Part shown: positions 1-15,196 of the stretch, in pieces
Position numbering within the stretch: position 1 is the first letter of the stretch
Layout of the letters: every line of letters starts with the position of its first letter
Origin: Paraspadella gotoi
Taxonomy: Eukaryota > Animalia > Chaetognatha
Assembly (NCBI GenBank): GCA_051294375.1
Contig: CM119265.1
Span: 17,984,484-18,048,483 of the forward strand
Direction of reading: 5' to 3'
DNA length: 64,000 nt
Program-made: the position numbers and the translations under genes
The notes under the pieces: generated by a model
Databases searched by the model: none
Told to the model about the DNA's origin: nothing
What the model saw: only the letters and a program-made list of their open reading frames with translations

Positions 1-1904
1 GACAGTATATTAAATATCTTATATTCAATACGTGTTATAACAAAGCAAAAAATTTTCCTCTACATTTTATTTTTAATGTCTTATCTCTCTCAATCTTGTT
101 TCTCTTAATTGTTATGTAGCTATTCTCTGACTGCTCAATAGATAAAAACGTAATACATGAGCCAGATAAACGTAAGACTTTTTTCTTGTAAAAAAGATAA
201 TGAAAACTCTTAAAAATAAACAGAAAACAAACGGATTTTTTCCAAGTAAAAAGGAAGATAAAAACTTAAAACCGCAACGAGGTTAATTTCTTTCCAATTG
301 TAAAAAGAGTTAAAAACAGCCGATAAACGACTTTCTTTCTAAAGTAAAAAGTGATAAAAAACGTTAAATACAGCGGCGAGGGACGATATTTGCCAAAGAG
401 ATAACAACTTTAAAACAAAGAAGAAACACTTTTTCCAATGTATAAAAGAGAATAAAAAATTTCTAAAACACCGGGAAACGATTATTTTCAAGGAAGTGTA
501 AAACAAGGTAAGCGGATTTTGATTAGTACATAAGTGCCAATTCAAATTCGCAAAAAGACGAGTGGCATTTAGTCATGTCGGGGCNNNNNNNNNNNNNNNN
601 NNNNNNNNNGTAAAACTACTCGAAAATTACTTATGGAATAAAGGTTGGAAATATGTCTCACTCCCTCTCTGGCTCCCCTTTCTGTTCTCAATCTCTTTTG
701 CCTTTAGGAGTTGGACGTTTCGAGAAATAAAAATTTTTTTGACAAAAGACAAACAAAACGACAAACGCGAAGACAAAACGATTTCTATTTAAAATTTGTT
801 TTTTGTTTTATTTAACCGTGTCGTCTTATCTGCCTCGTCAACGACGAAACTGACGACGACAACGACAACAACAACGACAACCAACGAGGACAACGTCTAA
901 GAATTGTTTGTCCGCCAAGAAAATAATGATAGCATTGTGATGTTGTGTTCCGAGTTTTCTCGGATTTCGCGTTGAGTTTTTCGCAGATTCATTTCGCGCT
1001 TTTTGATTCCGAATACCGAGTATGACCCAGAAAAAGACTGTCCGTCCGTTCGTCCGTCCGTCCGTACTAAATTCCCGAAACAGAATCCCAGTTTTTTCGT
1101 ATTTTAATAAATATTCATTTTTTGGCTTTTTTTTTTTCAATCGAGTGTTTTTTCGAAGATCAAACGAAAATGCCGAAACGGAAATGCCACAGAAAAAAAA
1201 TATTAATATTAATATTCCATTTGAAGAATCCGCTAAGTGATTCGACGCCTCCGAGGTATACTTTCAAAAAAATACTCATTTACCGCGTGACCATTATGTA
1301 TGCATTTAAATTTAGGTTTGGTAAGTCGATATATGGAGCCTTAAGGATGGTTATATTTCGGTGAAATAGATAATGAGAAGTGTTATAACGATTTATTCCA
1401 CCTTTGTCTTTCAAAATCAAAAACCCCGCAACAAAAATCCTCCGTCTTTTAATTTTGACTATCAGACAAACAACTCGCATATTTCCCGCTTTTCTTGCGA
1501 CGAAATTCACGGCAAAAGAAATCCTCAGCGTGCGGGTCCGTGACATAAGGGGTGAACCCTGAATCACCGCGAAAAAGATCACCCTACATTCTTCGTGAAT
1601 GGGGATTTTTGGGGAGAGAAAATCACGTGACCCACGTCAGTGAGAGATCCGCGTCGAATCCCGTCACGCCTCCGCATTTTCATTCGCAGCGCCATCTGTT
1701 GCTCGACCGTGAAACGGAAGAGAAAGAAAAGGAAAAGATGGAGGGATAAAGAAAGAGAAAGGGGGGAGGTTAGGGGGGGCGGGGCTGATTCCTAAATCGT
1801 CTTTCTCTTTCTCGATGAGATTCTTTATTTCCGTTGATTGGTTTTGGTTTTTCTTGGATCAGTTCGTTAAACTTTAAGTTTTCATTCATTCATTTTCCGT
1901 TTAT

Positions 1905-1999
1905 ATATTCATTCATTCATTCATTCATTCATTCATTCATTCATTCATTCATTCATTCATTCATTCATTCATTCATTCATTCATTCATTCATTTATTCA
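1905..1999. repeat. (TTCA)n microsatellite
   Basis: Direct tandem repeat. Confidence 0.95.
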
Positions 2000-2408
2000 T
2001 TAAATTAATAATGTAATCATTTATTCATGCATTCATTCCTCATTTATTCCTCATCAAAAACCCGGATCTGATTGAAGGAAGTAAGGAATTTTTGAATCGA
2101 TTCGTTCGCTGCTGAAATTAAAAACAAAACTTGGACTAATTGCGGCCGAGAAAACACGGGGGTGGCTTTTTCCCCGTTTTTCACTAATCGCATTTCTTTT
2201 ACATTTACATCCATTTGATAAAGAGAGAGGAATTTTCGGAGTGCATGAGGGTGGCAGTACAAGGAGCCGCGAACATCCCCCCTCCAATTTTGACTCTCTC
2301 TCTCTCTTTCACTTTTTCCATCTGATTTACCTTAATTTTCTTCCGAAACCAAATTTTGAATATTCATTACTGAATGAATGAAGAAGTTGTTTGATAACAA
2401 ATTGGAAA

Positions 2409-2443
<35 letters not shown>

Positions 2444-2576
2444 AGTGAGATAGAGAGAATAAAAGAGTAATTTTCTGGATATTTTCGCGTCGGCAAGGCT
2501 TTTTTGAAAAATGCATTGTGAAAAATAATTAAAAAAGGAACAAAAGAAAGAAAGATATTAAAGATAAAATATTTAA

Positions 2577-2577
2577 A

Positions 2578-2672
<95 letters not shown>
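2577..2672. repeat. (GAAA)n microsatellite
   Basis: Direct tandem repeat. Confidence 0.95.
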
Positions 2673-3111
2673 GCAGTAAAGGGGCGTTTTGAGAGGGCGG
2701 AGAGAAGGGTGAGTTCGAAAGGGTAAGGGAATGGGAAAAGAGAGGAAACTCAGGCGAGGATAGAGATCAGGATAAGGATCAATGCGAGGATCAGAAATCG
2801 AGTTGGAAAGGTTTTCAGGTCAGCATTGGAGAAACTTCATTCCGAGCAAAATTGATTTGACAAACATCCTCTCCCATGAAAAATACGGAAAAGTTATTCT
2901 TGAATCTATCATGTATATATACTTATTATATAGATCTTATTATCTTAATATCTCAAATATTGAAAACGTGAAATTGGGCGCGGAGAGAGTAAGCCGAGGT
3001 AAGGGCGAGAGAGAGAGAGAAAGGGAAAGTTTGTTTAGACTGCGAGGTCAGGTCTAGGTTTAGACGAGTGTCAACACTCTACGCACTTTTTCCGTTTTTC
3101 CTTTCGATTTG

Positions 3112-3169
<58 letters not shown>

Positions 3170-6100
3170 CTCTCTTCTCTCCCTCTCCTCTCACTCTCTT
3201 CTTCTCTCTCTCTCTCTCTCCTTATCAGCGCATCACAGTCTCAAATTTCGAGAGGGCGACACTAGCGAATCGTTGTAACCTTGTTTGTCTTAGGGACGAC
3301 AACAAAGAGACGACAACGACGACGACGACGACGACGGAGAAAGCGACAAACTTTCCGTCGCTTTTCTCATGGAGTCAAATTTCTGTTTGCCTCAGTTTTT
3401 AGGGAGAAGCAAATGTTTCGATTGAGATGCGAGTTTTCCCGCTTTATTTCTGTTTGTTCGCCTTAAAGACTTACCTTAGGGCTTCGTAAACATTGTTAAA
3501 AATGCCAATTAATAAAAAAAAGGTGACACTGAAATACGTAATACACATGCACATAATGTACAACATTTGCCTATTAACAATCAAAACTACACGCTTTAAA
3601 ACCTCACCACGACCGAAAAACCTAACTCATTCGAATGCGGAACAAAGGGGAAGCAAGAAAATCGTTTTGCACTTTTGTTTTTTTCGTCCTCCGTCTCTCG
3701 TCCCCGATCGAAATTAGAAAAAAGGGAAGAGGGCGTGGCGGACTGGAACGACGCCGACGACTTTCCTTCGAGGGGGATGCCACGCCAATACAATGCCAAT
3801 ACCACGCCAATGCCACTTTCCCCCTTCACTCCAATCAAGAGCTACTTGGCCATTGGTTCGAATTCAGTTTGAAACCGAGAGAGGCACCGTTGGGACAAGT
3901 CACGTCAGACCGCAGCTCATTTGGCGCGCAAGGGCGTCGCTGCCTTCCAATGCTCAGTTGTTTTTTATTCCCATATTCATGTCCTCAGTTCGCCATGTCT
4001 CACTTTTGGCGTCGATGGCAATGTTAAGACATAAGTAAGACAAGGCCGACTAAAAGCCAACGCCAACAACTAGAACGCAACGACTTAAACCACGGTTGAG
4101 GCTCAGTTGTTTCACCGGCTTCACCCGAATTGCTGCACACAACCGCCATCTCGATCCATCCAGTGGAAGTCGCATCTTTAAGCCTACTATCGTCCGGCAG
4201 GCAACGTCAACGCCTCCGCTCAACACCGCTCGGTCCGCCCCCACACGTTCCTCTCCTCCGCAACCGCGCCATCGCCTGGCGACTAGCTTCGTCCCAACCG
4301 GCGCGACCGGCGCGACCGGCGCGCGAAAAAAAACGAAACGAACATCGAACGAACGACGGAGAACAATGGCGCCGATGAATGGGCGCGCCGTGGCCGGAAA
4401 ATAAGGGGCCGGCGCTCCTTTGTCGTCGCCCTTTTGTTTCGCGCGCCTCCAATTATGACGAGAATGAAGACTATCCGTCGTCTGGGGGAGCTGGGGAAGA
4501 GAGGGGCGGGGCAGGGGGAGGATATGGGGGGCTGGGGAGAGAGTGGAATGGTGGAAGGGTGGACGGGGGGTTGAGTGGGATTGGTGGTAGGAAAGGCAAT
4601 CGATGTTGGTAAGAAATGGGAAAGGGCAGCAGGGAAGTAAGGAAGTAATGGGGGTAGGGAGACATTGGGGCTGGAGATTATGAGGACGAGAATATCAGGA
4701 TGAGAAGGGAGGGTAAGGACAAAAAGAATGGGGTTGACGACGAGGAGTTCCCGTGAGCGTTGGGAGGGTGAGTTAAATTGATGCCTGGTGCTTTGAGTTT
4801 GTGGAGGAAAGGAAATATCAGAAACCGATGGAAGTCTCGTCTTCACGGTTCAGACTTTTCTAGTCTTCATTCTTTAAAAGTTTACTTTTCTTTTTTTTTT
4901 TTTCTCACGTAGACTTTTCAGACGTCTTAAGAATAATCTCACAAGGTGAAGATGAAAAATTTATACCGGAATGGAAGGAGGGAAGGAAGCCAACGAGATT
5001 TCACTAATTTTTTTTCTCACAGAACGTGAAAAAAAACCAAATGGCAGAAGGTGGGGTTAAGAAAAGAAAGGAGAGATTAGAAAAACAAAAAAAAGAAAGA
5101 GCAAAGCAAAGAAAAAAAGCAAAGATGTCCCACTGCGTTTCGGCATCATTAGAGCACAGGACGAAGAAAAGAAAGAAGCGTTGCTCAAACAAACCGGGAA
5201 TCCCCTGGAAAAATCATCTCTCTCTCTTTTCTCTCTCTCTCCATCATCTTCTCGCATTGCATCTCTCTCGTGCATCTTTCTGCTCTCTCTCATCCCTCGT
5301 CTACTCTCTCTCTCTCTCATCTCTCTTTCGCTCTTCTCTCATCTCTCTCTCTTGCAGCTCCGCCTCTCTCTCTTCTCCTCTACTATTCGTCATCCGCGGC
5401 TCCTTAGCGTCACTACACTAAATTCCGCGAACAAACGAGACGATAATTCGCCTTTGCTTCTCTCCCCACACCTTTGGTTATCTTCGCCTTTTCTCTCTGG
5501 CATAATCGCGGTTTTACGCTCATCGCGTTAATATTTCTAGAATTGATTGTTTAAAGATTAGTTAATTTTTGTTTAGATTTTTAAGAAAAGAGAAGAATCT
5601 GTATGCTTGTTTTATTTACTGACAAGGAATTTAATTTTCTTTTCTCCACACATGACTATCAGAGGCCTGAAAACCAATTTACGAAAACTAGAAACGAAAA
5701 AAATTTGCAAATTTTCATTTTCAATCATACTTCATAAATCTTCCGCCCAAGAAAACTCCAATACATGTATAGTGTATACATAATATATACAAATACATAC
5801 TATTTCATCTCTCTTCAGCCCGCATTAAGCCCCATCGCAGTCACAGCTGCCAGCGCTATCGTGAACGATTAGGTGATTCACGAAATAAAAATTGTCTTCC
5901 CATCTTTTATTTGGGTCAGTGGGGCGGAGAAGATCGGGACCCTGGGTTGTGACCGGGCGTGTGAATCTGCGTGTGCGTGCGAGGAAGGCTGGGAATTAAG
6001 GTGCGACATCCCGGGTGCGAGATTCTTCCTAGTTTGAAATCGCTGAGAATCTAAACGTCTTCCAGGCTTCACGGTGATCCTGAGAAAATTTGAGGATGGG

Positions 6101-6456
6101 TTCGTTTGGACGTCGGGCATTTTGGAAATAACAGGCAATGAAAAAAAATGATGCGAGCGTAATGGCAAGCCCAGAATCATGTATTTGGAACAAAAGCTGA
6201 GACGTATTAAGGCCGTAATTTAGGTATGAAAAAATATTAATTCAGAAAAGAGAAGCGAATTAAAAAAAAAATTTTATAACACGAAAATGATACGAAGAGC
6301 ATCGGTATTATTTCTTTGTAAATGTGACATCGTCTCCAATTAGTTAACAATGAAGAAAACAGAATTTTAAAAGAACGTATCAAAAAACTTACCCCACCCA
6401 AAATCTTTGTTTACCACCACCTTCACCTCCGCCTCCGCCTCCCTCTTTACTCCACC

Positions 6457-6538
<82 letters not shown>

Positions 6539-7032
6539 TTTCTGTTTGTCTCCGTCGTCGAGATTCGAAGAGGATTTTTTTGGTTCTCGTGACACAACGA
6601 ATCGATCGAAGGTGAGACGAGGTGAGTCGAGGTAAGTCTCTCCAGGTGCGGAGCCCAGGGCCGCCGCCGCCGCCGCCGCCCGGGCGAGGATTGGCCGGGG
6701 TCGGCGTGACGGGTCAATCCCGAGCGCGGAAACGACGGCGCGAGAGTGGGTGAAGGTCGTGGCGATTAGTTTAAATTATTTTAGATTAAATGATATTCCA
6801 TAAATTTTAAAATTAGATAAAATAGTTTTTGAAAAATTTAAATAATTTAATTGAGTTTTAGTCATTTCCCATCCTCTTGTCGCGTTTTCAATGGGGTAGG
6901 ATAATTTGTGAATCCATTGAGTTGTGCCTCAATCCACTGATACAAGATCGTTTTTTATAGAATAATTGGATTTCATTTACTAATCATCTAATATTAATAT
7001 TGTCCTTAACCCCAACCTATGGTAGGTTGAGG

Positions 7033-7074
7033 TGTCCACTGTCCACTGTCCAGTGTCCACTGTCCACTGTCCAG
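7033..7074. repeat. 7-bp tandem repeat (TGTCCAC/G) x6
   Basis: tgtccac tgtccac tgtccag occurs twice, giving a 21-bp higher-order unit. Confidence 0.9.
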
Positions 7075-7646
7075 CCTTCTTAAAAGATAAAGATAGCCGA
7101 ACCCTGCCAGCTTTTATGACCTTTTTCAATTGAACGAAAGGACCTCTGACAAAAAAACTAAGTAATAATAAAAAAAAAAAAATTAAATATTGCTTAGTTT
7201 AGATTTTTGGAAGGAACCTCTTGTTTTTACTTACCTCTCCCGACTACTTTCGCGCTCAAACTCTCAACCTTACCTTCCTCCACTCAAAAAGCCTTACCTC
7301 ACTCATCCCTGTCTCCGCCTTCTCGAATCGAAACAACTGACCCGCACCCGTTGTCCCGCCCGCACTCACCTTCTTCCGCCACGCCCTCTTCTTTTCTCGT
7401 CCCTATTCTCCCTCCCATTTAACCCCCAACACCCCCAGCAGAGGAGAGAGAGAGAGAAAGAGAAGAGAGAGAAGAGAGAGAGAGAAACAGAAAAAGAAAG
7501 AAATGAATTCACGCAACATTTTTCAGGCTGCTACTTTTTTTCTCTGTAATAATATCTATTTCCCCGCCGAAATCGAGAGAGAGGAGATCGTGATACACAT
7601 AAAAGAAGCGAACGGGAAGAGAAGGAGAGAGAGAGAGAGAGGAGAG

Positions 7647-7715
<69 letters not shown>

Positions 7716-10700
7716 AGAGAGGCATGCATCTCCATNNNNNNNNNNNNNNNNNNNNNNNNNCGAGAGAGAGAGAGAGGAGGAGAGAGGAGAGAGCATGGGA
7801 GGCATGCATCTCCACGTCGAAAACACGGAGGAAGCGCCTTGACAGCAAAGGCCGTCGACAGCGGTGGATCCCACGGAAACGACGAACCCCTTACGCGCGC
7901 CCCCATGTTCCCCCCCCCAGTCCTCGATCCCCCCCACACAGAGAAAAATGGAATCTGGAGAAGAACGCATCTGGTTACGGTTTTGTGTTTATTTATTTAT
8001 TTTTAAAAAAATAATCGAATTGTCACGGTTTCCCAATTAAAGATACAATAATCCTCAATCCCGTCGTTTCTCTCTGTGTTCAGTGAGACGTTTGGTTCCG
8101 CCCCGTCCATGGACCTCGACGACGACGAAATAACGACGAATGACCGGTGCTAGGCAACTTTGATTGATTTTTTTCTCGTCGGAACGCGGAAGCCCAAATA
8201 AAAGGGGACGCAATGAGATGACGAGGGATTCCAGCTGCTGCGAGAGAGGAAGAAGGACGGCGTCGAAGCGCGTCTGTTGTCGTTTCGTTGTCTCGTCGTC
8301 TTTGGTCATGTTGTGTTTTCCCTGCGTGATGACATATTTATATTGTCATTTTTGCATTCGTTTTTTTGTTTTTACTCGTTTCTTCCGAAACTAAGAACTT
8401 ATCATGTCTCGTTTTCGTATTTTTTGATTCTCTGGCTTGATGTGTCACTTCTTTTTAGCTAAAGTTTTCTTTTTTTTGATTATCATTCATTCCATTTCAT
8501 TCATTCATTCATTCATTCATTCATTTCATCTTTCTTTCTTGTTCTTTCTTTCTTTCTTTCTGTCTCTTTCTTTCTTGCTTTCTTTCTTGTCTTTTCTTTT
8601 CTCTTTAGTTTTTCTTTCTTTCTTTCTTTCTTTCTTTCTTTTCTCTCTTTGCCCTATTATTTTCTCCGACTTTCTTCTTTATTTTTCACTTTTTTTTCTT
8701 TCTTCCATTCATTCCTTCTCCATTTCTCGAAATCTCGATCGATAATCCGACATTAATTTCCTAATCTTTTCTGTGTCTCTCTCTCTGTTTCGCGGCGAAA
8801 AAATAGTAAGTCCTACGGCGCGAGGTAAGTTCCTGGCACGAGATTTTTCTGTGTTTTTCTTTCGTTTTTCTTTCTAATTTTTCTTTCTTTTTCGTCGTCG
8901 AGGCGTCAAAGAACGTCTGCCGATTGGAGTGGAGGCACCCCCTCCGAGGAACCCGCATCTTCGTCGAGACGTTACGCCACGACGACGACGACCTGGACGA
9001 CGACGATGACGGAGATGAAAACGACGACGACGAAGACGAAGACACGGCCGTCAATCGAGGTCGCGCGCCCCGGGGTCGAGCGAAAATGGGCCGAAGATAT
9101 TGATTTGCATAATTCGAGGAGACGCTTAGCCTCGCTTCGGCCTCACCCCCTTAGCGCTGACTTACCCGTAGATTCTTGTACAATTACGATTGCTGTGAAT
9201 GAGGTAAGGACGAAAGTAAGGAACGAAATAAGTACGACGAGTAAAGCTGATCAACGAATAATCCTTGAAAAAAATTATTTTTTCGATAAATAAATTTCTT
9301 ACTTTTTTGTTAAACTTTTATTCTACTCGAAACTAATCCCTTTGGGAGGAATAAAGAATTCGCTTCTTAGGCAGACTTATTCTCACTCATAACAGCTCTG
9401 TATATGTCACACGGGTAAACACGATGCTAAATGCAAAGGGATTCGTTCACGTTGAGGTCGCTCTCTTTTCTCATTCTTTACATTCACTTCTCTCTAATTC
9501 TCATCTCTACTCTCTCTCGGTCTTCTCAAATTACATATCCTCTTATCTTTTGAAAGGAAGTTCCTCTACTCTCTCAAAGACCACTCTCTCTTTCTCTCTT
9601 CTCTCTCTCTCTCTCTCTCTATCCTCTCGGCAGCTCTTTTTCTTACTTTGTAATGGCGGCTCTTTTTTCCCCAAATTAATTTGTCACACGTAGCTTAAGG
9701 GAAAATTTTCGATTTTTTCAACAGATAATTTTCTTCGAAGAGGAGGAGAGACTAGGAGAGAGAAGTATGAGAGAGAATGAGAGATGAGTGATGTTGTAGA
9801 GAGAGACAGAGAGACGAGAATAGGAGAGAGAGAGAGAGAGACCAGGGACAGAGAGAGGAGAGAGGGGTAAGAGAGAAGGAGAGAGAGAGAGAGGGAGAGA
9901 GAAAAGGAGAGAGAGAGAAGAAGAGAGAGAAGAGCATGAGATGAGAGAGTAGAGTTAAAAAGACGAGAGATAGAGACTGAGAGAGAAAGGTTAGGGGGAG
10001 AGAAAATAAAACAAGCTGAGAAAATGATAATACAGCAAAACAGTTTCTATTGCCTGATTTTGACCAGTTTGAATAACTGAGAAGAAGAGATGAGAGGATA
10101 GAGAGAGAGAGAGAGAAGAGAGAGAGAGAAGAGAGGAGAGAGAGAAGAGAGAGAGAAGAGACGAGAACGCAGCCAGAGCGAGCAAAAGACGCTTTGAAAA
10201 ATAATACAAACCCATTAATCTTTGAAGGACGAGAATTATTATTGGATTAGCTGGACTGAATGTTGTATTTTGCTTTGCAGGCAGATCCTCTCTCGTCTGG
10301 TCTCTTCTCTCTCTTCTCTTTCTTTCTCTCTCTTTCACTCTCTCCACGTCAGCAGATCTTCTCCCGCGGTAAGACTCTACGGGTTAAAGTCTCAGTCGGC
10401 AAACTTGGGGTGAGTTTCGAAATCCGGAATCGAAACCGAATTTCTGTATTGGAATCCGAATCAAAGTAGTTGGCCACTTGCTCAAATGCCATCTACTGGC
10501 CAGAGTTGAGTTAATAAGCCAGCCGATCTGTGATCTCTTTTCGATAAAGCCATCTTTAAAGAAAATAGAATTCCTGGATAGGTGATATTCTTAGTCTTTG
10601 TACGAACTATGTGGTTTGTGCTGTTTGCATTAGCCTCTGAAAGTTTAAGCGCAATAAAGCAGTACGCGTTGTTGGGGTGAAAGAGTCAGCAAAAAAAAAA

Positions 10701-10763
10701 GCGAATAAAAACATCGAAAAAAGAAAACCCGATCCCAAGCCAACGGCGATTGTAAACTAACTC

Positions 10764-10855
<92 letters not shown>

Positions 10856-11486
10856 ATTTATTTTCCAGTTAATCTAGCACCTGGTGCAACTTTTTTTGTT
10901 CTCTCGCTTTTTTTTTCCCATTTCTATTTTCTCTCTCCAAGCCTGGGGTTTTTGAGAATCGAATCGCGTAACTAAATCCACAGCATTCAATATCGCATAC
11001 TTATTATTTTCTTTATTTCGTCAAATTGATTTTTTTTCTTGAAAACTTTTTAATTTTTTTATTTCGACGACAAAATCGTCGTGTGACGTTTCCCTGCGAT
11101 GGGCGAGTGGGGGGGGTGAAGTGAAACCCCGCTGTTTCACGCCTTCCAATCAGCGCCCACGCTGGGTGGTCCCAAAACACTCGCTCTCGCCTCTTCGTTT
11201 TTCTCTCGCTCGTCGTCAATTCGCCCCCAGACTCTTCTTTCTAATCAAATCTCTTTTTTTTATATCTCTCTCAGTATTCTGTTTCGCTCAATTTTTTCTC
11301 CAGCTTTCTCCATCTGAGATCTAGATTGAAGTTATCAAATTAAAATATCTTTTGTCGTTACCTTTGAAACTTTTCCACTTGTGAAATTTTAAAATAAAGT
11401 TTAGCCAATATGCTTGGTGTTTTAGGTCCATGTCTAAAGCTAATCTTGCATGAGAAAAGGATTTAAGAATAGTAACCATGTCTGAT

Positions 11487-11518
<32 letters not shown>

Positions 11519-12543
11519 CCCTACTCAATCATAGTCTAAAGAAGTTTTCATCGCTAAGTCGTTCAAAATCTTTCTTCACAATCATAATTCTTCCCCNNNN
11601 NNNNNNNNNNNNNNNNNNNNNNNNNNNNNNNNNNNNNNNNNNNNNNNNNNCGTCGCGTACGAAAGTAACCATCGTTCGCAGCCGCTCTGGAACAGTTTCC
11701 GTTATCGTAGACGTCAAATTTTCCCATCTAAATCTAACGGAATAATTTGAAAAAAATTAATCGCACGGTGATGTCAGCTGTCAGTTCGACGTTAAAGGTA
11801 GAGTTTAAATTAAAAACCGTCGTTAAGTTAAGCTAATGTTTCAAATCAGCATCAAGACAACAAAAAAAAATTATAAAAGAAAACGAAAAACAAAAAAACC
11901 CACTTAGTCCAGAGTGCCTTTGCCACCATGTAGTTAAAAACTAGAAGTTAACTATTCAAGCCCCGAGAAAATCATTTCACTCGCACACCTGTAGCTGCAT
12001 GGTTAATATTTCTGTCTACTTCGCCCATTTTGATTGTCATTTTTGAACGACGTCAATTTGCGTGGCTCATTTACGTCGCCACAGCAGAAATCGAAGATAA
12101 GTAGAGAGGAAGAAGAGGAGGAGGAGGAGTAAGAGGAGGAGGAGGATGGAAAGGAATCGGAGACGACGACGACGACGACGACGACGACGACTAAGCGGAA
12201 GTTTTTTTTTGACGTTGGCGCGCGATTGACGCCGAAGAAAAAGGATTCGGTTTCGGGAAAAGAATCGACAAAAGAACAAAAAAGGGATAAAGAAGAAAAA
12301 AGTTAATTCAAACGAAGCGATCGATTTTGTAAAGTGAGGGTCGACGATTTACAATACAGAGAAACTTTGTAAAGAAAATAAAGTTGTAAACTAACAACGG
12401 AACGAATGCTTCCCTGTATCCACATTTTCGGTTTGTTTTTTTTTAAATATTTTTAAAATTTTTCCTTCCTTATTCCTTTTCCATTTTCTTTTTCATATTC
12501 GAGGCGACGTTTTTTCTTCATTTCAATTTCTAATCATGGCGAG

Positions 12544-12580
<37 letters not shown>

Positions 12581-12605
12581 NNNNNNNNNNNNNNNNNNNN
12601 NNNNN

Positions 12606-12641
<36 letters not shown>

Positions 12642-12651
12642 CTCTCTCTCA

Positions 12652-12686
<35 letters not shown>

Positions 12687-12852
12687 CTCTCTTTGCAATG
12701 CCCAACGTTGCCCATATGGTTTTCCCAACACCGACTTCTCTCACGAATGCGCGCCGTTCACCGCCGCCGCCGCTGCCCCGCCGCCGCCGCAGATTAGAGA
12801 GGGGTTTGCGGATAATCGCCGGCTTTCCCAGGAAGGCGGTTCGAGTTTTCTA

Positions 12853-14854
12853 GCGAATCCGCGCTGGGGACCTTCTGCCAGTGTCAGCTGCCGACTTTGC
12901 CGGTTTTGTATCCGACTACTGCCGCGTCCGGACACCGATCCATCGAATTTAAGAACGAAGAAAGTTTATTTTCTGTAATATCGATGAACTGTTATTTGAA
13001 ATGGGACTTTATGAACATCGAGGTACAGTGAAATAAAATTGTATAATAGCCTATTGTTAATAAACGCTATTTCACTAAATAAAATACAACTTTAAATTCC
13101 AGTTTAACAATGGAAAAAAAAAAACGTCTGCTCGTCCTGTATATCGAGTCATTAACTCGATTTTCGATTTTCCGTGGCAACTCGCGGACGTCGAATTAAT
13201 TCGAGATCGCGAAAACAAGGGCGGGGGCGTCCGTCGGCGCGAGAACGCGGACCGGCCGCGTGGCGAAATGACGCCACGGTGCGCGACGCATGGTCATTGC
13301 TAGCTGCGTGATATTGGCGCCGGGGTAGGGAGGGGCGAACGGGTGAAAGCAAGGGCGGTGGGATAAGTGGTTCGGCAAGTGGGCTGAAAGTCGTCGTGTA
13401 TAATCGTCTGTTCCTTATGCGTGTTAGTCTTTCTTTGGATCGAGAGCCGAAGGCGATAAAGACCTGATGGAATATGACAATACGACCGACGTCTGATTCG
13501 CCCTAATTGAAGTGATAAAGACGAAGACAACCAGACGTGCACGCGATGACGATGTACGAAAGAAATCTACAGCGACACCCACCGGGAAATTGAAGTTTTA
13601 ATATTTCTTCTTATTTGTCACTTAAAACTCATATAACGAGATTTTCCATTCACGTCGTGTTTCGACTCCTCACAGTTTCTCACGCCGCGATCTCGCGGAG
13701 TCTTTCTTTAGAATATTGCATACAGAGGGGCAGACTCTGTCTCTCTCGCCGGTTTTTTTCTGCGTTACTCCTTCTTTTCCTTTTTGCTTATATTTTCACT
13801 TCGAAAAATCGACGATGAATGATATTTGCCTATTTTGTTTTATTTCTTTATGTTTTTATGCTCTTGTATCTCAACTCAGATTTCTCTTTTTTCACTCTAA
13901 TATTTTAGAGGAATTTTCTCTTTGCTACCCCCTCCCTCTCACTCTTTTTGCTTAACTCATTCCTCCTAACCTCTTCTTTCTCCCCCTCCTCCCCTCCTTC
14001 TCTTCCATCCCTCGGATTCTCATGTCGGGCCGCGCTGGCTCTCCATTGGCTATAAATGAGGCGTGAGAATCAATCACCTGTGACCGGAAGACGTTGTAGT
14101 CTAGTGTTGTCGACCAATAGGAAGTCCTCGTCGTGGTTGAGTCGACGGACGAATCCTTCAATCAGAAATCGAGTTATGGATCAATTAGTCGACGACGTTC
14201 AAAAGAGCGTCGAGTGCTGAGAGAGGAGAGGGAGTAGAGATAGAGCCATGGTGGTAGGAGTGGTAAAAAAAAGTGGTTTTCTGAGCAGAAACAGCGAAAG
14301 AGAGACAGAGACCAAAAATGCGGAGAATGGGAAACGGGCGTACGTGTGAAATTGAAAAGAATGAAGATATAATCCCAACGCCCGAAGAAGAGAGAGACGA
14401 GAGAGAGATAGAGAGAGAGAGTGAGGAGAGAGAGAGAGGAGAGAGAGAGAGAGAGCAGACTAGAGCGAGAGAAAGGAGAGAGATCAGAGTGGAAAGAGGA
14501 TGAGAAATCGTAACTTTCGAAAAATCGCTGAAACGAATGAAATGAGGCGGAAAACAGAGCGAGCCAAAATGAACATGGCGTGAAAATTCTTGAGGGCGAC
14601 CGGGTGTCGGCGGTGATGATGAGATAGTGAAGCCTGACCGTCGGGTGATCCCAAAATAAGAATGAAAAATAGACGAGCACTCGAGGGTTCGTTATGCCTC
14701 AAGTCGATTCAAGATCATGGAAACTTTAAAATCATCGTTCGGCTTTACTATGACAGAGTATATATAAACAGGTTTATTTTTATTTGTATAGTTTCTTTAC
14801 GTCGTTGTTTTTGTAATAATGTAAATATTAATATATATTTTTTTAAATTTATTT

Positions 14855-14909
<55 letters not shown>

Positions 14910-15196
14910 GCTTTATTCTTCTCACACACACTTATTTGCTGAGGTGAAAATCTCTTGAATTTCGCAATTGCTAAAATCGCTGATGAAGGCCCTTGTTAAT
15001 AAAAAGTCTGAAACATGTCCGCATCATTAATATCATCGATGCTTGCTAATTTAATTTAAATATTTACTTTACTTCTCGTCTATCTTTATTTGATAGCATA
15101 ACTTCTTTAATTAATTTGTATTTTAATCTTTCGTTAGTTTGTGGGCTCAATTCGGTTTTCCAGATCCTGACGTGCATCGTTATTTCAGTTTCATTT
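12853..15196 (+). repeat. Near-duplicate block A, copy 1 (copy 2 at about 16118-18482)
   Basis: Collinear similarity from gcgaatccgcg...ctgccagtgtc onward; the copies differ mainly by scattered 1-2 bp indels. Boundaries are approximate. Confidence 0.85.

Noticed and set aside
3845-3875. GGTTCGAATTC as a tRNA T-loop / B-box
   Set aside because: No cloverleaf stems or A-box could be built around it.
3635-4452. Cluster of overlapping GC-rich ORFs
   Set aside because: No recognisable motif or consistent exon boundaries; more likely a CpG-rich non-coding patch, although an exon cannot be excluded.
5878-6180. 100-aa minus-strand ORF in non-repetitive sequence
   Set aside because: No recognised homology and no convincing splice or start context.
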